From the NCBI GenBank assembly GCA_963710375.1, contig CAVPZX010000002.1, positions 480,001 through 544,000 on the forward strand: a stretch of DNA of 64,000 nt, given 5' to 3'. Under the pieces are notes generated by a model. The model saw nothing but the letters and a program-made list of their open reading frames with translations, made no database searches and was not told where the DNA came from. The stretch is from Nitrospirota bacterium. GTDB taxonomy: Bacteria; Nitrospirota; Thermodesulfovibrionia; Thermodesulfovibrionales; Dissulfurispiraceae. This document shows, in pieces, positions 35,301 to 45,305 of the stretch; positions within the stretch are counted from its first letter, which is position 1, and the number at the start of each line of letters is the position of its first letter. Position numbers and translations under genes: made by a program.

Positions 35301-37565
35301 ATGATCAATAAGGCATTGGAGATGATACTCGAAGCCACAGTCCGTGATGCCGAAAAGAAGAGGCATGAGTACCTGACCGTGGAGCACATACTCTTCGCTG
35401 CGCTTCACGATGAATGGGGAGTTGAAATCATTTCCAGCTGCGGTGGCAATGTCGAACGCCTGAAGTCTCAAATCGAGAATTTTTTTGACGTCAATATTCC
35501 CAGGCTGCCGGACACTCAGGACGTATATTCAAAACCGACCGTTGCCTTTCAACGAGTTATTCAAAGAACCCTGAGCCATGTGCAATCAGCAGAAAAACAG
35601 GAGGCTGATGCCGGAGATATAATATCCTCGATTTTTCTCGAAGAGGACTCGTTCGCCGTCCACCTCCTGGAATCGGAGGGTATTACACGGTTTGATGTGC
35701 TCAATTACATTTCTCACGGAATATCCAAAATCCATGATGAATCCGGCAATGAAGGCGAAAATGATGATGAGCAGTCGCCCGATGCCTCGCCGAAAAGAGA
35801 CACCGAATCTCAGGCAAGAGATCCCCTCAGTCAGTTTGCCGTGGAATTAGTGGAGAAGGCCGCGCAGGGCAGGATAGATCCTCTGGTAGGCCGCGAGACC
35901 GAACTGAAGCGCACTATTCAGGTCCTGTGCAGGCGGAGAAAAAATAATATTATTTTTGTCGGCGAGCCCGGTGTGGGTAAAACAGCAATCGTCGAGGGGC
36001 TGGCGCTGAACATACAACAGGCGAAAGTTCCCGAGGCGCTCAAAAAGACAAAGATTTTTTCGGTTGACATGGGAGCGTTGCTTGCAGGCACGAAATATCG
36101 GGGAGACTTTGAAGCCCGCCTTAAAGCAACACTGAAACGTATCGAAAAAATTCCGGATGCTATTCTTTTTATTGATGAGATCCATACCGTAGTCGGGGCC
36201 GGCGCTACCAGCGGCGGTTCCATGGATGCCTCCAATATATTGAAGCCGTTGCTTAACTCGGGTGCGCTGCGTTGCATAGGGGCCACCACCTATGAGGAAT
36301 ACAAAAACCATTTTGAAAAAGACCGCGCCCTTTCGAGGCGGTTCCAGAAAATCGAGATACAGGAACCCGGTATAGATGAGACGGTACTAATCCTCAACGG
36401 TTTAAAAGACTATTATGGGGAATTCCATGGCGTTACATTCACCAGGAACGCTCTCAAAGCCGCAGCCGAGCTTTCTGCCAAATACATTAATGACCGCTAT
36501 CTTCCTGACAAGGCCATTGACGTTATTGATGAAGCAGGAGCAGCGCTGAAACTTGATCCTGCTTATAAGAACAAGCATTCAATCGGCGTTGCAGATATAG
36601 AAAAAGTGGTCTCAAGGATAGCAAGAATTCCTTCACGGTCTATTTCCGCATCGGACATGGACAGACTTAGAATGCTTGAGGACGAACTAAAGCAAGCGGT
36701 ATTCGGCCAGGATGATGCCATACACTCTCTTGCGTCCGCTATTAAGCGGGCACGGGCCGGATTAGGTTCGCCTGAGAGCACTATAGGGTCATTTTTGTTT
36801 ACGGGTCCTACGGGGGTAGGAAAGACAGAGGCTTCAAAACAACTGGCTTCAGTGCTCGGCGTCCAGTTCATCCGCTTTGATATGAGTGAATACATGGAAA
36901 AGCATACAGTAGCGCGCTTGATAGGAGCACCCCCTGGATATGTCGGGTTTGACCAGGGTGGGCTGCTGACCGACAGTATCAGGAAGCACCCTTACAGCGT
37001 TCTGCTCCTCGACGAGATCGAAAAAGCACACCCCGACATTTTCAGTATTCTCCTTCAGGTAATGGACTATGCGACATTGACCGACAATAACGGAAAAAAG
37101 GCTGATTTCAGAAATGTCATTCTTATTATGACCTCCAATGCAGGCGCTAAAGATATGGCAAAAAGCTCTATCGGCTTCGGCGACAGAAGCAAAGACACGC
37201 AATCAAAAAGCAAAGAGGCAATTGATAAATTATTCAGCCCTGAATTCAGGAACCGGCTCGATGCCATTATCAGCTTTGCCCATCTCACACCGCAGATAAT
37301 GGAAAGGGTAGTGGACAAATTCATAAAAGAACTCGAACGCCAGCTCAGCCGGAAAAAGGTATCTATCTCCCTTTCCCCTGATGCCCGACACTGGCTTGCC
37401 CAAAAGGGACATGACAGTATCTACGGCGCCCGGCCACTGGCACGGCTCATACAGACCGAAATAAAAGACATCCTGTCGGAAGAAGTTCTTTTCGGCAAAC
37501 TGAGCAGGGGCGGTACAGTGAGTATAGGCCTGGCTGAAGACCGTCTAACCTTCAACTACTCGTGA
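35301..37565 (+). CDS. clpA: ATP-dependent Clp protease ATP-binding subunit ClpA
   Basis: HEYLTVEH, two Walker A motifs (GEPGVGKT, GPTGVGKT), RFDMSEY, IGF loop; ATG at 35301 (the upstream extension is MITE sequence). Confidence 0.96.
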   Translation: MINKALEMILEATVRDAEKKRHEYLTVEHILFAALHDEWGVEIISSCGGNVERLKSQIENFFDVNIPRLPDTQDVYSKPTVAFQRVIQRTLSHVQSAEKQEADAGDIISSIFLEEDSFAVHLLESEGITRFDVLNYISHGISKIHDESGNEGENDDEQSPDASPKRDTESQARDPLSQFAVELVEKAAQGRIDPLVGRETELKRTIQVLCRRRKNNIIFVGEPGVGKTAIVEGLALNIQQAKVPEALKKTKIFSVDMGALLAGTKYRGDFEARLKATLKRIEKIPDAILFIDEIHTVVGAGATSGGSMDASNILKPLLNSGALRCIGATTYEEYKNHFEKDRALSRRFQKIEIQEPGIDETVLILNGLKDYYGEFHGVTFTRNALKAAAELSAKYINDRYLPDKAIDVIDEAGAALKLDPAYKNKHSIGVADIEKVVSRIARIPSRSISASDMDRLRMLEDELKQAVFGQDDAIHSLASAIKRARAGLGSPESTIGSFLFTGPTGVGKTEASKQLASVLGVQFIRFDMSEYMEKHTVARLIGAPPGYVGFDQGGLLTDSIRKHPYSVLLLDEIEKAHPDIFSILLQVMDYATLTDNNGKKADFRNVILIMTSNAGAKDMAKSSIGFGDRSKDTQSKSKEAIDKLFSPEFRNRLDAIISFAHLTPQIMERVVDKFIKELERQLSRKKVSISLSPDARHWLAQKGHDSIYGARPLARLIQTEIKDILSEEVLFGKLSRGGTVSIGLAEDRLTFNYS

Positions 37566-37704
37566 AAAGTGAATAGTGAATAGTGAATCGAAAAAAAGGC
37601 CGTGAATGGTGAATAGTGAATGGTCAACATATGGTCACGATATTTGTATCTGTCTCTTTGTTTTTGTTCTTTTTCTATTCACTTTTCACTATTCACGTTT
37701 CACG
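37561..37704. repeat. Palindromic heptamer array, copy 6 (contains the clpA stop codon)
   Basis: cgtgaaaagtgaatagtgaatagtgaatcg ... ttcacttttcactattcacgtttcacg. Confidence 0.85.
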
Positions 37705-37713
37705 GTTTTTTAA

Positions 37714-38409
37714 TTGCCTGTCTTTAAGCTGACAGATGATTTGATTTTTCCGCCTCCTGAACTCGCTGAAAGAGATGGCCTGCTCTGTGTTGGCGGAGAT
37801 TTGAGCGAGAGGCGTCTCTTACTCGCGTACTCAATGGGAATTTTCCCCTGGTATTCAGATGGCGACCCCATTTTATGGTGGTCACCCGACCCGCGTCTTG
37901 TCTTATTTCCCCGGGAATTAAAAGTTTCGAGAAGCCTCAGGCAGGTGCTCAAAAATAATATTTATGAAATCACCATGGATGCCGCATTCCCCGAAGTTAT
38001 CAGGAACTGTGCCGGTGTCCCAAGGCGGGGCGAGGCGGGCACATGGATTACGGCGGAAATGACCGATGCCTACATTCAACTGCACCGCTCAGGCCTTGCA
38101 CATTCCATCGAAAGCTGGCAGGACGGCGAGTTGGCAGGAGGGCTTTACGGGGTGGCGCTGGGGGGCGTATTCTTTGGGGAATCGATGTTTACGAAAAAAA
38201 ACAATGCCTCCAAGGTTGCTTTTGTGGCCCTTGTGCAGCAGTTGATCAAATGGGATTATGCCCTGGTCGACTGCCAGGTAACTACCAGACACCTTATAAG
38301 CTTCGGAGCGCGGGAAATCCCACGGGCTGAATTCATCCGGAAAATGAGAAAAGCACTCAAAATGCCGGGGGAAAAAGGCAACTGGCACAAAGGGTTCGCG
38401 AATAAATAA
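37714..38409 (+). CDS. aat: Leucyl/phenylalanyl-tRNA--protein transferase
   Basis: GGDL, AY..GIFPW, WWSPDPR, TWI, GGLYGV, FFGESMF, DCQ. Confidence 0.95.
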   Translation: MPVFKLTDDLIFPPPELAERDGLLCVGGDLSERRLLLAYSMGIFPWYSDGDPILWWSPDPRLVLFPRELKVSRSLRQVLKNNIYEITMDAAFPEVIRNCAGVPRRGEAGTWITAEMTDAYIQLHRSGLAHSIESWQDGELAGGLYGVALGGVFFGESMFTKKNNASKVAFVALVQQLIKWDYALVDCQVTTRHLISFGAREIPRAEFIRKMRKALKMPGEKGNWHKGFANK

Positions 38410-38561
38410 CTTGCACATTGATGCATCTCAGCTTCAGGCCATCTTTGCCCGATCCTCAGTCTCAAAATCCTCAACGTAGCTGTGCTACGCCTGCGGTTTT
38501 GCTCAGTCGGATCAGCCAAATCTGAGCGCCTGAATGTACGAGTTATTTATTCGCGAACCCT
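38391..38561. mobile_element. MITE, 171 bp, with 21-bp terminal inverted repeats
   Basis: AGGGTTCGCGAATAAATAACT ... AGTTATTTATTCGCGAACCCT; internal CGTAGC-tgt-GCTACG hairpin; partial second copy at 9631. Confidence 0.85.
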
Positions 38562-38608
38562 AAAGAATCTTCCGCACTTGACGATATGTAAGGTGAAAGG
38601 GGGCCGAC

Positions 38609-38773
38609 ATGGAACCGAGAAATCTCACTCCTTATGAGAAGCTTGCTATGCGCATGTTCGATGATTACGGTGTACTGGCTTGCAGCGGCTTTATGTACAA
38701 CTGCAAGCTGATCGTTAACCGTTCACCAAGCAATCTCGACATTAATTGCATCACGTGGGTGGGCATGAATTGA
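38609..38773 (+). CDS. Putative 54-aa small protein (not in ORF track)
   Basis: AAGGGGG RBS then MEPRNLTPYEKLAMRMFDDYGVLACSGFMYNCKLIVNRSPSNLDINCITWVGMN*; fills the intergenic gap. Confidence 0.5.
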   Translation: MEPRNLTPYEKLAMRMFDDYGVLACSGFMYNCKLIVNRSPSNLDINCITWVGMN

Positions 38774-38785
38774 ATAGCATGGCGG

Positions 38786-39214
38786 CTATTCGGGATATTT
38801 GAAGGGATTTGCCCTTAAAACGGCATCTACCTTCAAAGGCATGCCCTTTAAGACAAAGACAGCCATTCCCCTCTCTTGTGTCTTCTTTCCGTCCTTTGTC
38901 CAGGTCCCGGTCCATGAGACATTGTAGTTCACGGTGCCTTCCTCTATCTCAATCAACACAGGATTAAACTCCAGTTCGGCCGAATCAAAACTCTTCATAA
39001 GGCTGCTGATTTCCCTGAAACCATCCTTTGTCGTGTTATTCTCAATTTCTGACAGATCCTTATGAATGTATGCCTTTTTTATTGCATCAACTACAGCAAA
39101 GCTTTCTGTAGCTATTTTTGAATCTTCCGACACCCTCTTGACCGCTTTTTTCCCGCATGAGGCGGCAAGTACAGCCATAATGAGAACGACAGCCACAAAA
39201 AGAAGCCTTTTCAT
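38786..39214 (-). CDS. Hypothetical lipoprotein
   Basis: Signal peptide with lipobox LAASC; GGAGG RBS. Confidence 0.8.
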   Translation of the reverse strand: MKRLLFVAVVLIMAVLAASCGKKAVKRVSEDSKIATESFAVVDAIKKAYIHKDLSEIENNTTKDGFREISSLMKSFDSAELEFNPVLIEIEEGTVNYNVSWTGTWTKDGKKTQERGMAVFVLKGMPLKVDAVLRANPFKYPE

Positions 39215-39385
39215 ATAAACCCTCCGCCCAATATTGCGTTATAGCGTTCTGTGTTCAAAATCAGCGATAGAATACACAGCCGTCATGAATTATAGACGAT
39301 TTGCACCACTTTATTAAAGGAAAAATAAAGACAACCGGCCTTTTAACATTTGCCTTTAGCCTTTTGCCTTTACTATCATACGATT

Positions 39386-39838
39386 ATGAAATTAGTGGCC
39401 CAGAACAAAAAAGCCTACCATGACTACAGCATTGAAGATACCTTTGAGGCAGGCATGCAACTAGTTGGGACAGAGGTCAAATCGCTCAGAGACGGCAAGG
39501 CCAATCTGAAGGATAGCTACGTCCTAATCAAGGATACTCAGGTGTTCCTATTTAATTGCCACATCAGCCCATATGCTCACGGCAACATTATGAACCACGA
39601 ACCCCTCAGAACAAGGAAGCTCCTCCTCCACCGTAAGGAAATAGAAAGGCTGAAAGGCAAGGCACAGTTAAAAGGATATTCCCTTATACCGCTCAAAATC
39701 TACTTTAAGGGGCCTTTCGCAAAAGTGGAAATAGGACTCGGGAAAGGCAAAAGAGAATACGAGAAGAGAGAAACCATTAAAGAGCGCGAGGCAAAAAGAG
39801 ATATAGAGCGGGCCATGAGAAGCAAAAATAAAGGCTGA
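39386..39838 (+). CDS. smpB: SsrA-binding protein SmpB
   Basis: [27 protein letters not shown]; adjacent to tmRNA. Confidence 0.97.
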   Translation: MKLVAQNKKAYHDYSIEDTFEAGMQLVGTEVKSLRDGKANLKDSYVLIKDTQVFLFNCHISPYAHGNIMNHEPLRTRKLLLHRKEIERLKGKAQLKGYSLIPLKIYFKGPFAKVEIGLGKGKREYEKRETIKEREAKRDIERAMRSKNKG

Positions 39839-39930
39839 GGGTTAGGTTAAGGTTAAGATTTATGCTATAATATTATAGAAGTTGGGTCGAGTCTGTGTGT
39901 TATTCTCAACCTTAACCTCAGCCTTAACCT
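39831..39930. repeat. Palindromic hexamer array, copy 3
   Basis: aaggctgagggttaggttaaggttaag ... ctcaaccttaacctcagccttaacct. Confidence 0.65.
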
Positions 39931-39941
39931 GCTTTTACATC

Positions 39942-40288
39942 GGGGGCGATAGGACTCGACGGGGGTTATGAGGCTCAAGTGGCATGCCGTGGCTCCATCA
40001 CCACGTAAAAAGGTGGAACAAACACAAACGCCAACAACGAACTGGCACTCGCTGCTTAACCAATAGCAGCACGCTCCTTTAGCGATGCCTGTGCGCTGAA
40101 AAGAGCGTCATACAGCAGGATGCCGCCGGAAGGGGTTCCCTTGATTCCGGCGAAAGACTAAAGGGATAGGATATCAGCAGGCCTGCCTGGCGGCAGACTG
40201 ATACCCGAGAATTAATAGACAGGATACGCATGTAGAAGCTTGAGAGTAGTGCTTTCGGACGCGGGTTCGATTCCCGCCGCCTCCACCA
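39942..40288 (+). ncRNA. ssrA: tmRNA; tag peptide ANNELALAA at 40030-40059
   Basis: 5' GGGGGCG pairs with 3' CGCCTCC-ACCA including a G3-U wobble; T-arm GCGGGTTCGATTCCCGC; internal tag ORF ending LAA*. Confidence 0.97.
40263..40288 (+). repeat. attL core (tmRNA 3' end), 26-bp direct repeat
   Basis: GGGTTCGATTCCCGCCGCCTCCACCA identical to 47378-47403. Confidence 0.95.
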
Positions 40289-40425
40289 AAAATATCTTTA
40301 TATTTCAGCATCATGCTGGCATATTATGTTGAAAACTTCCGTCATCAAACTGTCATTCGTTTTCCCCGCCGGACTGATTCTTTTGTGAGCTTTCGTTCAT
40401 GTGCTTCTGCGCGGAGGGGCTTCTA

Positions 40426-41130
40426 ATGTTGTCCTTCCGTACATTCAGGCACAAAGTTACAGGGCAAGTCCTCAGAATCCCTGCCGGGCGGTATGGCAAC
40501 TTTCAGAACGCAATTAAAAAAATCGTCAATTATGTCCATTACAATTATCGAAAATTTTATATTGTCCACCTGACCCTGACGGTTGCTGAGAACACTTCCG
40601 ATCTCGATTATAAGAATCTCCACAGGGTAGATACCTTCATCAAACAGCGCTTAAAGCGTGCCGGTGCAGAATGTAAGAATATAGCAGTGAAGGAACGCCA
40701 GGAAAGAGGAGCGGTTCATTATCATGTCCTCTATATTTACAACAGGCCTTATGTTTTTCCTTCGGTGCAGGAGATAGAGAAATCCTGGGGGTTGGGGTTC
40801 GTGAAAATATCAGCGCCGAAAATTCGCATGAGGCTCCGGAAAATAATAAATTATATCGGGAAGTATATCGGCAAGGGGTACGAGTTTGAGGCGCTCAATT
40901 TCAAGAAATCCTTCTCGGCAAGCCAGATAAAACAAATATACAAGCTTACTCCTCAAAGGCTGGCTCATGTTATGACCCAATTCGGCAAAGAGAGGGCTGA
41001 GGAACTAAGATGCACTTATAGGAAAGTCTTTGAGATAGTCACTATGGCTCCATTCCGGCCCTTTAAAAGTGTAATAATAGAGTTTCCAAGTGAATGGGTG
41101 TATGAGGGGATTTGTGATGAACCATTCTGA
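40426..41130 (+). CDS. HUH rolling-circle replication initiator
   Basis: Motif I HLTLT, motif II RGAVHYHVL, motif III YIGKYIGK (two Tyr); GGAGGGG RBS before ATG 40426. Confidence 0.85.
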   Translation: MLSFRTFRHKVTGQVLRIPAGRYGNFQNAIKKIVNYVHYNYRKFYIVHLTLTVAENTSDLDYKNLHRVDTFIKQRLKRAGAECKNIAVKERQERGAVHYHVLYIYNRPYVFPSVQEIEKSWGLGFVKISAPKIRMRLRKIINYIGKYIGKGYEFEALNFKKSFSASQIKQIYKLTPQRLAHVMTQFGKERAEELRCTYRKVFEIVTMAPFRPFKSVIIEFPSEWVYEGICDEPF

Positions 41131-41142
41131 ACGGCTAAATCC

Positions 41143-42047
41143 TCAAGGTCTTAAGCCAGTGGGTGAGAGAGTTGGAAGTGACAATAATCCTGGGTTACGT
41201 AATACTGCGATTACAAAATAGTTGTCACGCAGTCCAAGTGTAGTGTCCGGCTTTACACTTATTCCGTTGCCCCAGCGTCCCTGTTGCATTAACGCTTTTG
41301 TGAGTGCACAAATAGCAGTGTTATCATCTGTACCATAATCGCAAATCTTTTTGCTTATGATTTCTATACCAGTTGTGCTATTTTTGATATTTAATAGTAG
41401 GTTTGAATCATTAATTTTAACGAAAGAAATCGGTTTTACCATGGTGACTGTCCATCCGGCCTGTATAAGCAGAGACAATATGTCGTGCACAAAAATAAGG
41501 GACTCTGGATCGTCGTCTTGGTACCATAGCTCTGCGGTGCCTTTGGGCTTCTCCTTTAATATGTCCAGAAATTGTTTTTCATCCAGAGTGCGTCGTCCAA
41601 GTTTTGAAGTTACAAAATTTAAATATTCCTTAAGGGCTAATTGGGACTTAATTTCCTCTGTCAGTGCGTATGCAGTTTTCTCGCCTTTCTTCATAAGGCT
41701 ATCTAATTTATCACTCTGATGCTCAAGTTTCTTTTGAGTATCCCCCGCACTGTAATCAAATCTCTTATTGATTTTTTTTGAATACCTATTTGAATTTCCA
41801 TCTGTTTTTTAAAATCATCGATAGTTGAATTTTTAATAGTTGTTACGTCACGTTGGAAATTTTCTATTTCAAAACCGCTCCATTTCAATTTCGCGATAGA
41901 ATTGATGTTTGTCATCAGGGCAAAGGCAACAAGTGAGAATGTTAGAAGAATAATGGTCAATGCGTTGGATATCTTCTTCGCTATCGCTAATGCCATTGCT
42001 CCAAAAGCAACAATTATAAAGAAGATGTAAGTGGCAACTTCTCTCAT
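41143..42047 (-). pseudogene. Hypothetical membrane protein (2 N-terminal TM helices), split by a frameshift near 41750-41780
   Basis: ORFs 41703-42047 and 41143-41694 join into one ~300-aa frame by adding one base; GAGGAG RBS only before the first part. Confidence 0.6.
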
Positions 42048-42188
42048 AATCTCTCCTCAGTAAATCTACAGTTTTGGTGCAATCGATGTCAATGAGAGCT
42101 TTAGGGAGTGTCGATTTGCCTCATCGGAAATCTATTCTAAAGTGAATATTGCTTAGTCCCAAAGCAAACTGTTAAACTTAGAGTCAAA

Positions 42189-43358
42189 ATGGGAACGGTT
42201 AATAAAAGCGAGCCGGGGTCAGCAAAGTTATTTTATCGTACACGACATGGGCGCATTTTCCTCGGCGATTCGTTAGCGGTTTTGCGTGATGAAATCACCC
42301 CTCATACAGTTGACCTGATAATGACCAGTCCGCCTTTTGGTTTGGTTAGGAAAAAAGGGTACGGCAATGTGGCCGCCGACAAGTATGTTGAATGGTTTCG
42401 ACCATTTGCTAAAGCGTTTCACAGGGCTTTAAACCCGCATGGGTCATTGGTCATAGATATTGGCGGCTCTTGGATTCCTGGCCAGCCAACACGAAGTCTT
42501 TATCATTATGAACTTTTAGTCATGTTGTGCCGGGAATTTGGCTTTCATCTCGCGCAGGAGTTTTTCTGGTGGAATCCCGCTCGCTTGCCTACCCCGGCAG
42601 AGTGGGTAACGGTGCGTAGGATTCGCGTCAAAGACGCCATTAACTGTATATGGTGGCTTTCTCCGACCCCCTGGCCAAAAGCAAGTAATCGGCGCGTTTT
42701 GCAGCCCTATTCCGAAAGCATGAAGGAACTTCTGGTCAAGGGGTACAAGCCGAAAATGCGACCTTCAGGTCACGATATTTCGAATAAGTTCGGCACAGAT
42801 AACGGCGCTTCTATCCCGCCTAATCTGCTGGCTCTTGCCCACACTGAGAGTAATTCGCTCTACATTCGCTATTGTAAGGAACACGAAATAAAGCCTCACC
42901 CCGCCCGTTTCCCTGTAGATTTACCGGAATATTTTATCAGAATGCTGACTGACGCTCAGGACTTCGTTGTCGATCCATTCGCCGGCAGCTGCGTTACCGG
43001 CGAAGCCGCTGAAAAAACGAATCGCAGATGGATATGCTGTGAGCTTGTTCCTGAATACGTGGAAGGAGCCTTGGGCCGGTTCCAGCCCGGAGCAGAAAAT
43101 CGAACAACAAAAGTCGCGGAGGGCCAAGCGGAGAATTTTTACAGGGCTTTCAAGCTCGGGTTTAAGTGGAATGGCGCTGATGACGCTCTTCTTCCGGAAG
43201 ATGGTGGGGCGAAAAGGGTACCGCGGGAAAAAACCTCTGTAGGTTCAACAAACAAGTATAGGCCCAAAGAAGAAAAGCCAGCGCAGATGAAATTGCTGGA
43301 GAGTCGCAAGGCTTACGTCGCTAAGCAGCGCAGCGTGAAGAAAACTGGTGTCGATTGA
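42189..43358 (+). CDS. Beta-class amino-DNA methyltransferase, M.PvuII-like (probable m4C)
   Basis: MTSPPF before VVDPFAGS; NP..LP.P.EWV..R.IRVKDA, RPSGHDI, SIPPNLL and HPARFP recall M.PvuII (from memory, not aligned computationally). Confidence 0.88.
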   Translation: MGTVNKSEPGSAKLFYRTRHGRIFLGDSLAVLRDEITPHTVDLIMTSPPFGLVRKKGYGNVAADKYVEWFRPFAKAFHRALNPHGSLVIDIGGSWIPGQPTRSLYHYELLVMLCREFGFHLAQEFFWWNPARLPTPAEWVTVRRIRVKDAINCIWWLSPTPWPKASNRRVLQPYSESMKELLVKGYKPKMRPSGHDISNKFGTDNGASIPPNLLALAHTESNSLYIRYCKEHEIKPHPARFPVDLPEYFIRMLTDAQDFVVDPFAGSCVTGEAAEKTNRRWICCELVPEYVEGALGRFQPGAENRTTKVAEGQAENFYRAFKLGFKWNGADDALLPEDGGAKRVPREKTSVGSTNKYRPKEEKPAQMKLLESRKAYVAKQRSVKKTGVD

Positions 43359-44362
43359 TGCCTGCCCGTTTAGGAAAAGAAGACCTCTTACAGCTGGTGC
43401 TTGCGGCTGTCCGGTCGTCAGGATGGAATGCTATTGTTCTGTCTCCAGCTTCACCTTTCCGACTGTCGATTTTTGAGGGCAATACCACTATTGTAGTCCT
43501 CTGCTACATCTGGAACATGACCCACGGAGGATTTCCGAGAAACCCTAATGAGCTTAGAATCCAGATTACTGGTGTCGATCGGTTCCAGGTCGAGGCCGGA
43601 GTCAAAACATTACTTCTTGGCTGGAGCGAGGAAGAAAAAATGTTTGCCGGTTTCGATGTCACGAAGCATCTCATTTCAATGAAGGGAAGATCACCCTCCC
43701 TTCAGGTGAGGCGCGAGACTTTGCAGACAGCAAAGATCAAGGACTTTTTCCCTCAGATTAGGGGTAATCAGGAAAATGTAATCGCGTTCAGACCGGAGTT
43801 CTTTGTAACCTATGTGCAGGAACTTGAGGACCTTCACGGTGCGGCGCAGCGCCCTGTTGACATAAAACGTCTGGAAAAGCTCGCAACGAGTGATATTGAA
43901 TGGCGGGTCAAAGATCTGCCTGCTGGCCCACGAAGAACAATCATGGAGAAAATAACGAGAAAAGTTCGCGACGCAAGGTTCAGAAAGAATGTTCTTGCAG
44001 CTTACGGATTCAGGTGTGCCATGAGCGACATACAACTCGATTTGCTCGATGCTGCGCATATTATTCCAGTGGAGCACCAGAAAGGCACGGATGAGACCAA
44101 GAACGGCCTGTGTCTGAGCGCACTTCATCACAGGGCTTTTGATCAAGGTCTTATCGGGATAAAGCGAAACTATTCGATAATTTTTAATGAAGAACGTTTC
44201 GGTCGTCTGAGAGCGCTTGGGTGGGATGGCGGAGAATCTGAGTTCAAAAAAACCTGCCGCGATGCGATAAATCTTCCTAAACGAAAAGAGTTTTATCCTG
44301 ATCGGGATTATTTGATTTTAGGACAAATCCTTCGTGGTTGGAATGCAAAAGTATTCACGTAG
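43355..44362 (+). CDS. HNH endonuclease with a distinct N-terminal domain (YIWN.THGG...ELRIQIT)
   Basis: RDARFR..V..AY..RCA, LDAAHI, NGLCLSALHH.AFD; overlaps the methyltransferase stop. Confidence 0.85.
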   Translation: MMPARLGKEDLLQLVLAAVRSSGWNAIVLSPASPFRLSIFEGNTTIVVLCYIWNMTHGGFPRNPNELRIQITGVDRFQVEAGVKTLLLGWSEEEKMFAGFDVTKHLISMKGRSPSLQVRRETLQTAKIKDFFPQIRGNQENVIAFRPEFFVTYVQELEDLHGAAQRPVDIKRLEKLATSDIEWRVKDLPAGPRRTIMEKITRKVRDARFRKNVLAAYGFRCAMSDIQLDLLDAAHIIPVEHQKGTDETKNGLCLSALHHRAFDQGLIGIKRNYSIIFNEERFGRLRALGWDGGESEFKKTCRDAINLPKRKEFYPDRDYLILGQILRGWNAKVFT

Positions 44363-44410
44363 TCTGGAATTTACGACGTGTGCTGACGTGGTTGAGCCGG
44401 ATTAAGCGTA

Positions 44411-45094
44411 ATGAGTCAGACATATGCCCCAGAAGTAGAAAAGGTGGCGCTTAAATTAAGGAAGGAATATGAGGACTTTGCCCACCATAACAAAAAGAAC
44501 CCCTTGGACGAACTATTCTTTATTCTGTGCAGTGTAAAAAGAAGCGAGAAGGTCTATCTCAAAGCCTACAAGTCTATAAAGCGAAACTTTCCAAGATATG
44601 AGCTGCTTGCCACGTCGTCCACTAAAAAGATAAGTAAAACTGTTTCTTGGGGCGGTCTGCAAAATCAAAAAGCAGCTATAGCCAAGGAAATTATCAGACA
44701 GCTGATAGTGAGTTTCGGAAAGCCAACTTTGGCCCCGCTCAAGAAAATGTCAGATGAAGAATGTGAGAGTTATCTTATGAGTCTCCCTGGCATAGGGAAA
44801 AAAGTCGCTCGATGTGTAATGCTTTATTCGCTTAATCGGCGAGTTTTCCCCGTGGATGCACACTGTTGGAGGATTTCACGTAGGATAGGATGGAATGTGA
44901 CGGGCCGGAACACCGACAGTTGCAGTAACAGAGCCATGGATCACTTGCAAGCGCGTATCCCTCCTGCACTGCGGTTTTCTTTACACGTAAACATGGTTTC
45001 ACACGGTCGCAAAATATGCACTGCCAGCAAGCCTAAATGCGGTGAGTGCGTCATAGTGTTTTTCTGTAAAAAGATCGGAGTAGCAAAAGGTTAG
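44411..45094 (+). CDS. Endonuclease III-like HhH-GPD DNA glycosylase with [4Fe-4S] cluster
   Basis: HhH LPGIGKKVA, FPVDAH, C-x6-C-x2-C-x5-C (CTASKPKCGECVIVFFC). Confidence 0.87.
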   Translation: MSQTYAPEVEKVALKLRKEYEDFAHHNKKNPLDELFFILCSVKRSEKVYLKAYKSIKRNFPRYELLATSSTKKISKTVSWGGLQNQKAAIAKEIIRQLIVSFGKPTLAPLKKMSDEECESYLMSLPGIGKKVARCVMLYSLNRRVFPVDAHCWRISRRIGWNVTGRNTDSCSNRAMDHLQARIPPALRFSLHVNMVSHGRKICTASKPKCGECVIVFFCKKIGVAKG

Positions 45095-45231
45095 CGAGCC
45101 TTATTCTGAAGGACGAAGGCTTTCTATGCAGACGTTGTTAACTTGCAGTGGTTATCATCTGGAGCCAAATCCATGCTTAACATAGCTTCTTAGGATAAAT
45201 CCGTTTAACCTGACGCCAAACTGAGCGCAGC

Positions 45232-45305
45232 GAAGGCGGGAGGGAGGCAGGCACGGCGGCAGCCGGCCTGCCTCCCTCCCGCCTTCTGATAACTTGATAT
45301 ATATT
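45232..45305 (+). other. Candidate double-strand origin: 21-bp perfect hairpin followed by AACTTGATA
   Basis: GAAGGCGGGAGGGAGGCAGGC inverted at 45266-45286, then TGATAACTTGATAT resembling the phiX174/pC194-type CTTG^ATA nick site. Confidence 0.6.
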
